Assembly (NCBI GenBank): GCA_048772705.1
Contig: JBLWGC010000109.1
Coordinates: 62,001 to 126,000 of the forward strand
Length of the DNA stretch: 64,000 nucleotides
Direction of reading: 5' to 3'
From: Leidyana gryllorum EB-2025a
Lineage: Eukaryota > Protista > Apicomplexa
This document shows positions 1-12,697 of the stretch, piece by piece. The number at the start of each line of letters is the position of its first letter. The first letter of the stretch is position 1. The notes below the pieces were generated by a model. It worked only from the letters and a program-made list of their open reading frames with translations, was not told where the DNA came from and did no database searches. The translations under genes were made by a program, and so were the position numbers.

Positions 1-87
1 GTGCTGACTTCTGTTGTTGTCTGTTGTTGGTGATTGGAAGATCAATCTTTTTCTTGACTTGGTGGTTCGACATTCATCGTCCGTCCA

Positions 88-825
88 ATGGCTCTGACGA
101 CTGCTGCTTTACCGCCAACGTGTTGGTTTGTGCGGGACGAAGCAGTGGCTTGGGGATACCCACCACGTAAACGTCGGGGATCAGAGCTTGGGGGTGCCAG
201 TGTGCCCCCTCGGACTCGTCGTCGCGTAATCGAAGAAGAACCTGTGGCATACCGTTTTTATGAGGATGGCAATTGGGGAACCAGTGATCCAACCCTGCAT
301 TCCCCACCCTGTTACGATGCGGGGGACCCCGTTGGGGAGGAGACCTGGCCGCCCTTCGGAACCGACCCGCTAACCTGTTTAATGGGACGAGCCGCCGGGA
401 CGGCTCCCGTGGAGGATACGACTAACTTGAGCCTCGTCGAAAGTGATGAAGAAATCGCGTGCGAAGTTGACGGGGATGACGCAGACGGTGATTGTGATTG
501 TGATTGTGATTGTGAGTGCGGCTGCGGCTGCGGTGGTGAATGCGAGAGAGACGGCAACAACAAAGAAGAACATTTACATCGCCTTCATTTACGACGAGGC
601 GTCGACCATCATCAGTTGCTCGATGATCACGATGATGACGCTCCCGTCGAAGAAGATGACGACGATGAGGATGACGAAGAAACGGATGATGGTGTTACCA
701 CATCCACACCGCGCTCTGGGATGTTTCTGGGGTCTGTGGGATTGCATTCTGTCCCAAGACTGCCTGAGGGACCTGGCCCGCTTCTGCTAAGTGCGTTGTC
801 TGGCCTGGCCGGCAGCTGCGGCTGA
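88..825 (+). CDS. Hypothetical acidic/Cys-rich low-complexity ORF (strand and reality uncertain)
   Basis: 245-aa open frame with a CDCDCDCECGCGC tract and a D/E tract. The antisense frame is Ser-rich and interrupted by stops. Confidence 0.35.
   Translation: MALTTAALPPTCWFVRDEAVAWGYPPRKRRGSELGGASVPPRTRRRVIEEEPVAYRFYEDGNWGTSDPTLHSPPCYDAGDPVGEETWPPFGTDPLTCLMGRAAGTAPVEDTTNLSLVESDEEIACEVDGDDADGDCDCDCDCECGCGCGGECERDGNNKEEHLHRLHLRRGVDHHQLLDDHDDDAPVEEDDDDEDDEETDDGVTTSTPRSGMFLGSVGLHSVPRLPEGPGPLLLSALSGLAGSCG
489..533. repeat. (GATTGT)n / (TGCGGC)n microsatellite
   Basis: gattgtgattgtgattgtgattgt followed by tgcggctgcggctgcggt. Confidence 0.9.
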
Positions 826-1240
826 AAAGGCAATGCCACAGAAGAACGAACGAACGAACATCAATCATTCAATCATCAATCAATCAGTTTGACTGGCTTT
901 GTCTATCATCGAGCGTGTGTAACTTGACTCGAGCTCGACAAGAGATGAGAAGAGTGTGCGCGACTGATGGATCGATGTGTGTTGAGCCTAGATACTTAAC
1001 ACAACAACGTGGGGGCAGGTCGAGAGGAACCGGCCATTTTTTGTTGCGTGGGGCTCAAAATACGGTTGCAAGGCGCCCCCCCGACGTGGGAAGCGTACCT
1101 GCCTCTGGAAATGGTAACCTCTATAACAAAGCGTCAATAGCTCGCCAGGATGCTCTGCACTTCTCCGGCTCAGCCGATGCTCCGGTGGGACATTTTCCGA
1201 CTCGGTCCCAAATGAATGGCTCAGCCTCTAGCCGCCGCCT

Positions 1241-4200
1241 ATGCCACCCATTCCCGCCCCGCGGAATCTGAAACTCAGTGAGCCCTCGCTCCACCGCAAA
1301 AAAGCTTCCTCCAGCAACGGCGTTCCCCTCTGGGCATATCAAGGTACATTCTCCACCTTTCCCCGTCCACAAACAAACTATTCAGGTGTCCAGCAGCCGT
1401 GCTCCAACATGGATATCGAAGGCCCCGTAGATATGGAGTCAGTTCGCCTCCCCAAAATTGACCAACCAATCATCGTTCTTCCACAGGTCCGAGGAGGAAG
1501 ACTACACCGAGTCTGCTGATGAAGGTGTTCGAGACTACAGAGTTGGTGGCTATCATCCTGTCAAAGTTGGGTAAGTCCTCAAACCACCGCCACACCGACT
1601 CTATCCGATCGCCGCCCTCACTCAACTCACAGCCGTCTCCCAATCCCTCCGCCACACACTCTCCTCGCCACACACTTTTTCATCGCAGCGATGTCTACAA
1701 CAACTGTTATCGCATTGAAGCCAAACTCGGCTGGGGACATTTCTCGACTGTTTGGCTCGCTACAGACTGGCGGTAAGCACAGTAACCGGTCTCACATGAT
1801 CGTCCCGCTTATACCTCGATCACAGCTACAATCCGCCCAAGTATGTCGCTATAAAGTTCCAAAAGTCCGCCCGACACTACTTTGAGGCTGCCCATGATGA
1901 GATCGAGCTGCTACAAGTCGCTGCACAGCCGCGCTTCGCCGAACGAGAACCAGAAATAGGCCTCGACTCGGATATAGCGGTGAGAGACGTGCGCTACCCC
2001 GTCTCCATCATTCTTCTCTCACAGGCCAAAACAGGGGGAAGATTCCCACAAGGCTGCGGGGTTGTAACTCTCCACGACTACTTCATACATAGTGGGCCAA
2101 ACGGACGTCACGTCTGCATGGTCTTCGAGGTCATGGGACCCAACCTCCTCACTCTCATCAAGCATTATAACTTCCAGGGTGTCCCGCTTGATCTAGCGCG
2201 ACGCATCGCAGTCCACATTCTCGTAGGTCTCGATCATCTCCACCGACGATGCGGTATCATCCACACTGACTTGAAACCGGAAAATGTTCTCGTATCGAGA
2301 CCACCGCTGCCCTTGCCCAAGTCGGCAGTTGAGTATTTGCAACGGCGCGCTAAACTCGGTAGGGATACAATCCACGCCTCTCCTGGAGACAAGTCAGCTG
2401 GAGAGGAGGATGAACCCTCCTCTTCTCGAACAACCCCTCAAGAGATCAAGTTGCCAAGGACTAATATCCAGAATCTCAGTGGCCCTGCCTTGCGGAAAGC
2501 AAAGGCCAAGAAAGCCAGTAAGTGCCCAAGTAATGTTGCTCGGCGGCCTAATATTCATTTGGTCGCTCCACGATGCGCGGCATGTGCGATGGTGTGCACA
2601 ATGCAGTGCCTGCTGATGCATCCGTTCGCACTGTGCCTTGCGCTGTCATGCGTGTTGAGAGAAGCTTAAGCGTTTTGCATCTGTATATGTGCTTTTTGTT
2701 GCAGAGAAGCGCCGGCAAGCGAAGAAGAAGAAGTTGAACAAGGCTAAGAATGTGATTGCTGCTAAAGAGTGTGATTCGGACGGACAAGGTGCTGGGTCAG
2801 TGGCTTCTGGCAGTCCCAGACACTCCGCAGATGCGGCGGTAGTGGTTCCTCCACCTGTGACTGGCGTGAAAAAGAGCCCGGCAGCGGCAGTCAAGCGGCG
2901 TCCTCGCCACCGTGACTTATTTACCGCCTGTTCTGAGTTGCCTACCGCCCTACGACTCGCTCCGAGTGGTTCTGAACCGGCGTTGCATCGGATACGCTTT
3001 GACGAAGAGTCTCCCACTGGCAAGTCGTTGTATCTTGAAATGCTGCTGGGCAAGCCACCCTATAATCACGCTGTGTACAAGGCCAACTATCCTGACCTGT
3101 TCGCAGTGTCTCCGAGCGGAAGTCGGGGCGTTGAGCGGTCATTGCATTGGCTCCCTCGCAATACATATGATAAGACTTCCCGCAACATAGCCCCACTAGG
3201 TCCTGAGAGGGATCCGTCGCCCGACTTTAGCCTTCCCCCACCCCACAATGCTGACGAACACCCTGGCGAATCAAAGACATTTACGATGCTGATGACGAGC
3301 GAAGGCGAAATCGATCTGAAGTGAGTTCTTGCCTAAGTGAGGGTCTTTGAGTATCAATCCCTGCTACCATCAGACCTTCCGATGCGAGCTTATTTCACTC
3401 CGAGGATGCCGAATTCAAAATTGTAGATCTTGGCAACGGGTGTTGGACCAATCGACACTTCAGCTGTGACATCCAAACCAGACAGTATCGGTCGCCAGAA
3501 GTTTTGGTATCAGCCGACTACGACACTTCTGCGGATCTTTGGTCTCTCGCATGTCTCATTTTCGAACTTGTCACAGGCGATTATCTCTTCGAGCCCAAAG
3601 GTAGCGAAGACTACTCACGAGACGAGGATCACATGGCATTGGTGAGTCACGAGAGAAACTCTACACCACCCAAGTGGACAATCGAACCCGCCGTGGGGGC
3701 AAAAGGCGATCTGTCGGACGTCTTTCAGTGGTGTATGCACTGTCCTCGTCTCTGCTCCGAGTGCGATCGCAATGATGATGATGTCTCTTCTTTTTGCAGA
3801 TAATTGAGCTGCTTGGACCATTGCCGGAAAGTTTGTTGCGAAGGGCCCGCGATGTGGATCAATATTTCCTGCCTGATGGCACTTTGAAGAACATCCAAGA
3901 TCTGAAGTTCTGGGGTATTGAAGACGTGCTGATTCATCGGTACCATTTCAGTCGCAACGAAGCCAGTTATCTGGCGGACTTTTTGCTCCCGATGCTCGCT
4001 CTGGAACCCAAGAAGCGAGCAACCGCGAAGCAAATGCTAAGTCATCCTTGGCTACAGTTGGTGGGAACCGCCACGCATCCAATCCCGGAGGAGGTGAGTT
4101 TTAAACAAAGGGGGTGGCACGACCTCTTGCTAACCTCAGGAGTGTCACGCGACGCTGGACACGAGAGCCTTCGCTCGGAGACAGCATCCCGAACTCCTGG

Positions 4201-4568
4201 GACGGGCTGACATGAATCGGGAGAATGGCGCTGAAGGCGGACGAGCAGCCTCGCTCTCCGCAATAGAAGGGGCCCGGACCGCTATGCGCTCTCGCTCGAC
4301 CTCGCGATCTGTTGTCGAGTGTACTTCCGATGTGAGGCTTGGCTGAGTTCGCGATATCCCTTAACAGTACATTTTCGGTGATCCGTCGCAGGGGGGAAGA
4401 GAAACGCCAGTTGTGCCATCCACACGGGAAGACCGAGCATGTCGAGATGAGCTGGAGGAGGATGACGAGCTGGAGCTGGTTGAAGGAGGGCACGTTGGTA
4501 TGCCTTTCCGAGTCCCATCTGACGGGTGGGGGGGTTGGGACGACGATCGGTATTACGAGGACGACTAG
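1241..4568 (+). CDS. SRPK1: SR protein kinase (SRPK/CMGC), multi-exon; start approximate
   Basis: Spliced motifs EDYTESADEGVRDYRVGGYHPV, KLGWGHFSTVWLA, HVCMVFEVMGPNLL, IIHTDLKPENVL, a long spacer, DLGN, ADLWSLACLIFELVTGDYLFEP, RDEDHMAL and FLLPMLALEPKKRATA. Last exons spliced by eye to the TAG at 4566-4568. Confidence 0.93.
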
Positions 4569-4715
4569 TGTCGCGCTTTTCCTTACCAATGACTAAATGC
4601 TTAACTTTTATGACCACCCACTACGACTGCTGACGCTGTATCTGCTGAGAACAGATTGAATGTTGGCTTAGGTTGGGCATTAATGGCAGCACACACGTAT
4701 GGACACACACGCTTT

Positions 4716-5380
4716 TCAAGCTTGCTTGGCAGCAGGTTCGGCAGCGGGCTTGGCTTCCTTGGCAGCCTTCTTCTCCTTCTTGGCAGCAGCCTTGGCCTTA
4801 CGGGCATCACGCTGTTCGGCAAGAGCGCGCTCCTTGTTCTGCTCGTTCTTGGCGTCCCAGATAGCCTCGATCAAAACACGCTTGTTTCTGAACTGGTTAC
4901 CCTTGGCACGGAGGTAGAACATATGGTAGGTCTTGCGGTCGATCTTCTTCTGCTCGCGGTACTTGCGCAACAAGCGACGGAGAACACGTTGTCTGCGCAT
5001 CCACAGAACCTTCATGGGCATACGGGCGTTCTTGGTACCACGCCTCTTGCCAAGGCCCATATGGCGACCATCGCGCTTGCCAATTTGGAATTGGGTGCAA
5101 CGGAAGCGACTCTGTCCCTTGGTGGGTTTGCGAACAATCGCTCTGGTCTTGACCAGCTTGCGGATGCCACGGCCTGTAAAGCGAAGGGACGTGTAAGACG
5201 AGTCCTGTGGGGGCAGGATGACTTACGGGAGGTGGCACCAGCAATCTCCTCGGTACACTGAGGGTCGAGGAAAAGGCGGTTCTTCCCGCACTTCAAGACA
5301 TCCTTAGCCAGACGCTTCTGGAGACGTAGGTTCTAAAAAGGTAGTGAGCTGATGTTCCAGACGATAACACTTACTGCCAT
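4716..5380 (-). CDS. RPL19: 60S ribosomal protein L19 (eL19), 3 exons
   Basis: MA|NLRLQKRLA...[11 protein letters not shown]; [18 protein letters not shown]; [18 protein letters not shown]; [11 protein letters not shown]. Confidence 0.97.
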
Positions 5381-5755
5381 TCTATCCGCCCTAAGTCCTC
5401 TAGCCAAAAGGCTCTGAATTTGTTTTCGCGCTGGCCTAAAAAAAAAGGTTGACAAAACAACATCTCAAGCACCTCAACGCAATAGTGGAGTGGTCACTTG
5501 CTCCCCAGTTGCCTTCATTTCGATCTCACACCTACCGATTGCATCGAAGCGAACTACTGTAGGCACCATTGAATACTTTGGGAACGCATCCTCGTCGTGA
5601 AATGTGGTAGTTGATGCGAGTGTACTGCTGATGGTTTGGATTGGTGGTATTTCGGGATTCCACATGGGGACGGCAAGACCACCTCCACGTCCTCCGGCTA
5701 CCTGTGTTATATACAAACTGTGTTCGCGTTGTGAATCGCTTTTTTGATTGTAAAT

Positions 5756-6709
5756 ATGGCGGCCGAGGATGCCATTATGTACTCGGTCGTAGTCCCGACT
5801 TACAATGAGAAGGACAATGTGCCAATCCTGATAAGTCTCATAGCCGAGGCTTTTTCAACTAGGTGAGGAAGATCCGTCAGCGACTCGTTTACGAGCGAAT
5901 GACAGCGGTTTCGGGCCCTACGAAGTAGTTTTGGTGGATGACAATAGCCCAGATGGCACAGCAGCTGTGAGTCGCGCGTGGGCGGACGGTCTCTATGCCC
6001 TCCTCTCAGGTCTATGAGAGTCTCATACCACTCTATCCCGAAGCTAATCTGAGGATTATCAAACGTCCGGGGAAACTTGGTTTGGGAACGGCCTACATGA
6101 CAGCTTTGGAGTCTGTGAAGGCCGACTTTGTGATTCTGATGGACGCTGATCTCAGTCATCATGTGAGACTGCTGTATGCCCGCCTACACGTGTATTGCAC
6201 TGTTACCGACAGCCGAAATATATTCCGGATATGATCAAGAAGCAACGCATAACGGGGGCTGATATAGTGAGTGGCACCAGATATGCCCATGGTGGAGGAG
6301 TCTTTGGTTGGGACCTGCGTCGGATCTTGATGAGTCGAACAGCCAATCAATTGGGTAAGAGAGTGGCGGGAGGTGATTGTAAAACATGTCCCAATGTCAG
6401 CGCATCTACTGCTGAGCCCGCACGCTTCGGACTTGACTGGGAGCTTTCGTCTGTACAAGCGGCCAGTGATCCAAGATATCATGGCCGAGATGATTTCGAA
6501 AGGATATGTGTTCCAAATGGAGGTCATCACGCGAGCTAGTCGTAAGGGATGTTCAATTGCTGAGGTTCCGATTGAATTTGTTGATCGTATATATGGGGAG
6601 TCGAAGCTAGGTGAGGCCCACAGCGCGCACTGTACACTATGGTTGGATAGGTGCTATGGAGATCGTCGGATACATCCGAGGCTTAGCTCTTCTCTTCTGG
6701 GAGCTTTGA
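5756..6709 (+). CDS. DPM1: Dolichol-phosphate mannosyltransferase subunit 1, multi-exon
   Basis: [78 protein letters not shown]|[18 protein letters not shown]. Confidence 0.96.
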
Positions 6710-7190
6710 TGTGGACTTCTCCTCCAGAGTGGCCCAGCTCTTGATGAACTCCAGGGCCTGACGGTGGAAGCCGACTTTTTCGTCTGGCCAGTGGGCGTCC
6801 TCTGGTACATTATAGAATAGAAGAACCGGTTTTGTCACCAGCGTTGCTGTGATTGGAACGAAAGTGTAGTCCAGCGAACAACAATGGTCTGCCTACCTAT
6901 CCGTCTGGCCAGCGCCTGCCCGTCTTCCAGCTCCTGACCCAGGAGCAGTGTCACAAGCTGCTCACTCTGACCACTGGGCAGAGCAACAGTCAAACTGCCC
7001 AACAAATATCTGCCCAAATCATCGGGACTGCCTATGTATATCAATGCCGAGCCTGGCAAGTCGGTAATGTGAATCAGAATCTCCACCCCTCGGTCTGAGG
7101 GAGGGAGTTTGACCTCCAGACCACTGTGAACTTGAGCGATGGGCATTCTTCGCTCAAAAATTCCTGCAGAATGACGGATGGGTCACACAT
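6683..7190 (-). CDS. PSMG4: Proteasome assembly chaperone 4 (PAC4/PSMG4)-like; first exon junction uncertain
   Basis: [16 protein letters not shown]...[10 protein letters not shown]...TLLLG...GQALARRI|[14 protein letters not shown] resembles the PAC4 consensus (LFLWVG..L.NLAVAM...TSLLG...LAQRLARKT.KQVFVSYNL). Confidence 0.6.
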
Positions 7191-7242
7191 GATTGCCTCC
7201 ACCAATCTAACTGCATCTGAGCAGACTATCCTGGACTTGTAT

Positions 7243-9779
7243 ATGGCCGAGACCACTCTTCTGAAGTACTCAAAGAAGCTACGACAACACATTCATAACT
7301 GCAAGTTTAATGCGTTGCGTCTGATGGTTTGGTCTCATTGCACCAATGCCGCGAAAAATGCAGCTAAGGCTGCTGCCGATGCCGCCCAACGGGAAAAGGA
7401 AGTTATCGAACGTGAGTGTGAGCAGTGTGTGTCTCCACATCAATTGTTCTCGATCAGGTATATACATGAAGTTACCTCTGGATGTGGGACCTGCGATGCC
7501 GCGCGGACTTACGGGACCCAGTTTGAGGCTTCGTTTAGCTCACACCAGCCGCAACTGGAAAGAACCGGACTCTGTGAGGCTTCGAAGTGTCGTTATTGAA
7601 TCCTTGGTGGTAGAGTACGTGGTCATGATGACGGACGAAGCCATTCGTGAGCGACACTTGACTGTGGGCGAGCGAGACGCGTATCGCAAGACTCTCAGAA
7701 CAGAGTTGGAGCGCAACGAGAGATCTGCCAAGAATTCTAACGATTGGGTTCGCGATCTCTTCGAGAAAGTGGAAGGGGTGCTTCAACGCCGAGAGTCTTC
7801 AGATCCCAAATTCAAACTTCGAGCCTTCTGGGGGAACTTTTGGGATCGAGTCGCTCTGGACGTCTCGACTTCGGGTTCCATCGCCCGCTCTGGTCGCGAG
7901 TGCCAACAGCACTGGATCCATTTCCACTCTCCGGATACTGTTCGAGATCGTCCCTGGACAAAAGAGGAGGAGACCAAACTCATCAATTTGGTGGTCAACG
8001 GTCTTCCAGAGGGTGGATGGCGAGAAGTGGCCCGCCAGATCGGGAACGGAAGAACTGTGTTCGCAACCTATCACCACTACCAAACGGCTCTCAACACCAG
8101 ATTGACCACAAGCGAGTGGACGCCTGAGCAGGAACAGTTGTTGGTCGAATTAGTGAACAGATACAAAGGAGAACGGAATCGTATATGGTTCAAGGTGGCG
8201 AGTCACTTTGCCAATAAATCCAATGAGCAGTGTCGAAGTAAGTACGAGAAAGGGCTCAGGACGCCCGCAGTACGCCAAGGACAATGGCTCTGCGAAGAAG
8301 ATCTGCGACTGCAAATATTGGTCCAGTACTTCGGTCGAGGGTCATGGCGACGAGTTGCCGAACATATGCCACAACGGACTGATATAAAGTGCCGGGAGCG
8401 CTACGAGAATCTGCTCGCCCCAGAACTCAATAAGAACAAATGGAGTGAGGCGGAGACTGAGAAACTGATGCAGATAGTACGACTTTTGGGCCCCGGCCAG
8501 TGGGCCCGGGTGCAGGAGAGAATGCCAGGCCGTACTGACTCGGAGTGTGCGAAGCAGTGGGCTCGTCTGGACCCTCTCGGAGCATTGCATGAAGGCGCTC
8601 TACGAGCCGTCAGAGTTATGTTTATCCCCAACCAACAACGGCAGAGGTGAGATTCGTACACTAAATCAAATGTCCCCAATCTGCTTTCTCCACAGACAGA
8701 ATCGTCCTGCGTTGGCGGAAGATGACTTTGAGCTCAGCATCGCCGGGCACTTAACCACCCTTCTGAGAAACAGCATCGGTCTGGCGCCTGGAGCCGGATC
8801 CAACGCCCTGAAGGCCCCCCCGGCAAATGAACAGACCCCACGCTCCAGTGGCTCTTTGACATCTGGACGGGAGCAGGCGAGACGGGGGCGGTTGGCGGCT
8901 CCCCACTTCACCCCTCTCGCCCTCGCGTTGAACAGCGAGTCCGATTTCCCGCCATCCCTTGGAGCCCCTGACATTATGTTGCGTCACCCGACTGCGTCAG
9001 AGATGTCGTCCCCTTCGATCACTTCGGGACAATTGGGCGATTCAGAAGGGCCAAAGACGTCGGGGGCTTCTTCGGTGTCTGAATGGCAGCCGGTGGTGAA
9101 GTTGGAACCGGAGGACAATCTTCTGACGGGTGGTCTGAGGTGTTTCAGTCAAGCGGACATTGACGATGCGAGACAGATCGCGATCCTCACGTGTTATCTG
9201 GAGAACCTGAGTACCGGACGAGTGGACGCGGACATTCAGCTGAATCAAATCAGAAGAATGATTTTGCGACGTCGAGAGCAGTTCTTTTCCCTCCCGCAAG
9301 GCATCGCAGATCTCGTCACATTGAACGAGCTGGAAACGTCCGTTATCAAAACCTTCGCTTCCCAGCGGAGACCGTTTGACCAGCTCGCTCAACTCGATAG
9401 CAATGGAGTCCTCTTAAGCGGTGTGGAGGACTTCGCCGGAGAGGAGAAACAGCGAGTCCTCCATTTACTCGCCAAAGAGATCTTCCGAGGCAGTGATCGT
9501 GACAACACCTTGCCTCTTCCGTGCCGAGCCAATACCCAGCCACCCGAGCTAAACTACCATCAGCTTTCAGAGGGTTCGGCAGCTGTGGCACAGGATTTCC
9601 CTCACTCAGCGCCCCCCCTCGATCCGTGTGGTCGTTTCCAACCCCTGCCTCTGCCTGCCGCTACCCCCACTATTCCTGTTCACGATCATAGCGGTGAGGA
9701 CTCCAGCGATGAGAATGGCCAGCCCCCACACAAGAAGAGTCGAACTTCCTCCAGTTCAGTTTGGCCTCTGTCATCTTGA
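7243..9779 (+). CDS. SNAPC4: Myb protein with about 4.5 Myb repeats, SNAPC4/SNAP190-like, multi-exon
   Basis: A half repeat (RSGRECQQHW) plus four W-spaced repeats (PWTKEEE, EWTPEQE, GQWLCEED, KWSEAET; RTDIKCRERY). This 4.5-repeat layout is the SNAP190 hallmark. Confidence 0.75.
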
Positions 9780-12661
9780 GAGATTCTCTATGCTCTGCAT
9801 GCCACTCGGCGGAGACGAAGGTGGCAGACGTTCCGTTCTCCGTCTGGTGCAGCTGGTCCAATGTCGCCGGATGACTGCGAATAGCATAACGCTCATCGCC
9901 AAGAAGAGAATTGCCAAAGCCAAGAAGCTCGATGCCAACCGAGTCTGGGTGTCAAGATTTGCAATACTGATGATTTAGGTGCTCACCCATGCTGGACCCC
10001 ACCAGTCACAGATAAAGGATTCATAAGAGTCCAATATACGACCGGCGACTTGACAGTTGTACTCTTCAAGTGGGACGGTGGCTATCGCGATAAAGTCTGT
10101 TGGAGGAGAAGTGTGTGTGATAATAAAGACTTCGCGGTATCGCTTACTTCCCACGGGGTTGATAGTGATCCCCAGATCGAGGAGTATCTTGTGGAGATCG
10201 TCGGCTGCGAAGAAATCGAACGCAGCTTCCAGACTTGACGCCAATGTCGATCGGAAGTTTGGATAACTCAGCAGCTGTAACATATTATCGTGAAAGCGAT
10301 AGAAGAGGGGGCAGGCGGCTCCAAGAGGGCAGGTGTCAAAGTATCCGGGCCAGTTCTCTGTTGTCACAGTCAGATCATTCGACTGGAGATTTGGCACTCG
10401 GAAACTCGGCTTGAGCAACTGCACTTTCAATAAGGCCCAATATATACCCAACACAGCTGCGGTGCGGGGGACCTCTCCCAACGACGCGAGACATTTCAGC
10501 ACACTTCTGGCTTGTGGTGTCCGGGCCATCGATTGACCGATGGCACCCCAGTGCCCTGGCACATCCGCCAGCAGTTTCTTGGGGGGTAAAGCGAACAGAG
10601 TATCGTCAATGAGAACGTCAGCTTCTTTGCATCCTGTATCCCCATATACACATACGGTCTTGAAGGGGCACCCTTCATCCGAAAGGGGCTCAAAGATCTT
10701 CGTTAGTTCTTGACTGATCGCAGACAACCCATATACCCTCATATGATCCCCTTTCATGTGCAACCCGAGGTCGTCTCGGAGGTCTTTCAACGCGGCGCAG
10801 ATATCCTCATTTTCCGACTGAGTACAGTCTATGACCTCTGTCTCTACTTGAATCCCACTTTCCAGAAACACAGCAGTCGTCTCGAGTAGATACGCATCTT
10901 GTTTGGGATCATCGAGTGCTGGAACCACCCAACTCAGGGGCCCTGTTCGTCGACTTAATTCTCTAAAATCATCATCGAAGTTGGGTCTGAAGACAAACTG
11001 GGCGTCAATATCATAGTTCAATGTATGGTTTGCCAAGGTTTTCAGCTCGTCGTCCAAATCAAGCAAAGCAAGTGTGTCGCCGTCTCCACCTGATCGCACA
11101 CACGTGTTGGCGAACCGGCCCATGTCCAGCGAGGCGATGCCAATATCTGTGATTGTATACGTGTCAATATTTCGTTCCCGCACGGCGTCCTCCACCATAT
11201 CCCGTATGCCGTACTCGCAACCCGCTTTCACCACCTTAAACATCAACAATAGGAACCCGCATACAATGAAGACTGAGGAAGCGAGGGTGGTTTCGTTGCT
11301 CCTATGGTTACGGCTTACGAAGTGTGGCATACAGAATGAGACTGAGACTCAGTATACCAAAGTATATGAGCACTCCGCTGCCATCGATGCACCCTTTGGC
11401 ATTGATCCAATAAGCAAACAAACCAATCACCACCAGTCCTATCAGCACCGTGGGGACAATGTAACTAAACGGCCCGATGGCAGCTCTGTGGGTCAAGATT
11501 TTCCTGTGGAGTGGCGCTCGATTGGATGAGTCGTTGATCCAATCTGACGCTTGGACCAATAACTGAACAGAACGAGCGTCACTCAGTCTCAGGCCTCCGA
11601 CAAAGCCTCACCTCGTTCACGTCTTCGACAATTCTGTCCAGATGCTCTGCAATCCTCGCCACACTCCTTCTCATTGGAAAAATGTCGAATCGCAATTGTT
11701 CTTCGGATGCATCAAGCTGCTGGTACATATACGCCATAGGGCCGGTGTCTCTGCTGTTGAATGTCCCAAGTCTGCGTAGCAAGTGATAGCCCAGCAGCGC
11801 ATGGTGGGTGGGCACTGTGGTCATCAGCCCGTGAATGTCGGGCTGCTGGATGTGGTGGTTCTCCAGCAGGGCACCGGTCCACATCAGAGGTGCGAAAGGA
11901 GCGGTCAGACTAAAAGACGCCAAGTCCAAAGCCTCAAAGTTCCTCAAATAGCCATCGTGCAAGTAGTGGACTTGCGACCGAGCCGTCTCGAGAGTCGTGG
12001 CCAATTTGTTCAAACCATTGAAAGCCTCCGTTGGGTCATCAGACACACTCAGAATCCGATTGGACACGGACTCTTGCAGTGTTCTGGGAGCCAAGCAGCG
12101 ACCAGCGTTCTCGGCTTTGTTCACTCGATAGGTGCGACTGGTTGTGGCGTACAGAACATAGGCCACACAGCCGAGGAGGACTCCTAAAACCAGCACGAAG
12201 CTCCTCGCGTGCCGCCTTCTCGGCGGGTGTTTACGTCTGCAGCACTTGCAACAGAGGCTGACAATGCCAATAATCACGAACACAGGGCACAAACACGCCA
12301 ATATAAGAGCGATGGTCGCTTGATCAAAGCGGAAAAGGTGCTTGAAATCACGAAATCTAAACGTACGAGACCCCGTCACCCACGTCGTCACCAGCTCAAA
12401 GGTAGATCGATCATGCAACCGACGCCAGACTCGGGGTGAGTTCGCTTTGGAATTCACCCCCTTTGAGCCGAATGGCGGATAAGCCTCGGCAGTATCTATA
12501 GCTACGCCCGGCGGGTTGGGCTGGAGGGAGGCAGGGCAGAGGCCGGCAGTCCAATCATGGAAGCGTGACTGGCATTTCGCCAATTCAGAAGGTGTTCGGA
12601 ATGTACAGATAGGCTCAGCCGAGACCGCGAGGGCGAGGAGGAGGGCAACTATGGATTTCAT
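9771..12661 (-). CDS. Signal-peptide, 5-TM membrane protein with two large ectodomains (prominin/Tweety-like topology), multi-exon
   Basis: ORFs 11579-12661, 11308-11559 and 9975-11330 plus a last exon (TRLASSFLALAILFLAMSVMLFAVIRRHW). TM1 is followed by a Cys/basic loop LCCKCCRRK and TM2, then a long loop, TM3-4, a long loop and TM5. Confidence 0.6.
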
Positions 12662-12697
12662 GTTCTATGTAACTAGAAGGTGCAACACGTCAGCACC

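Noticed and set aside
4656-5261. 201-aa hydrophobic + strand ORF
   Set aside because: Antisense shadow of RPL19.
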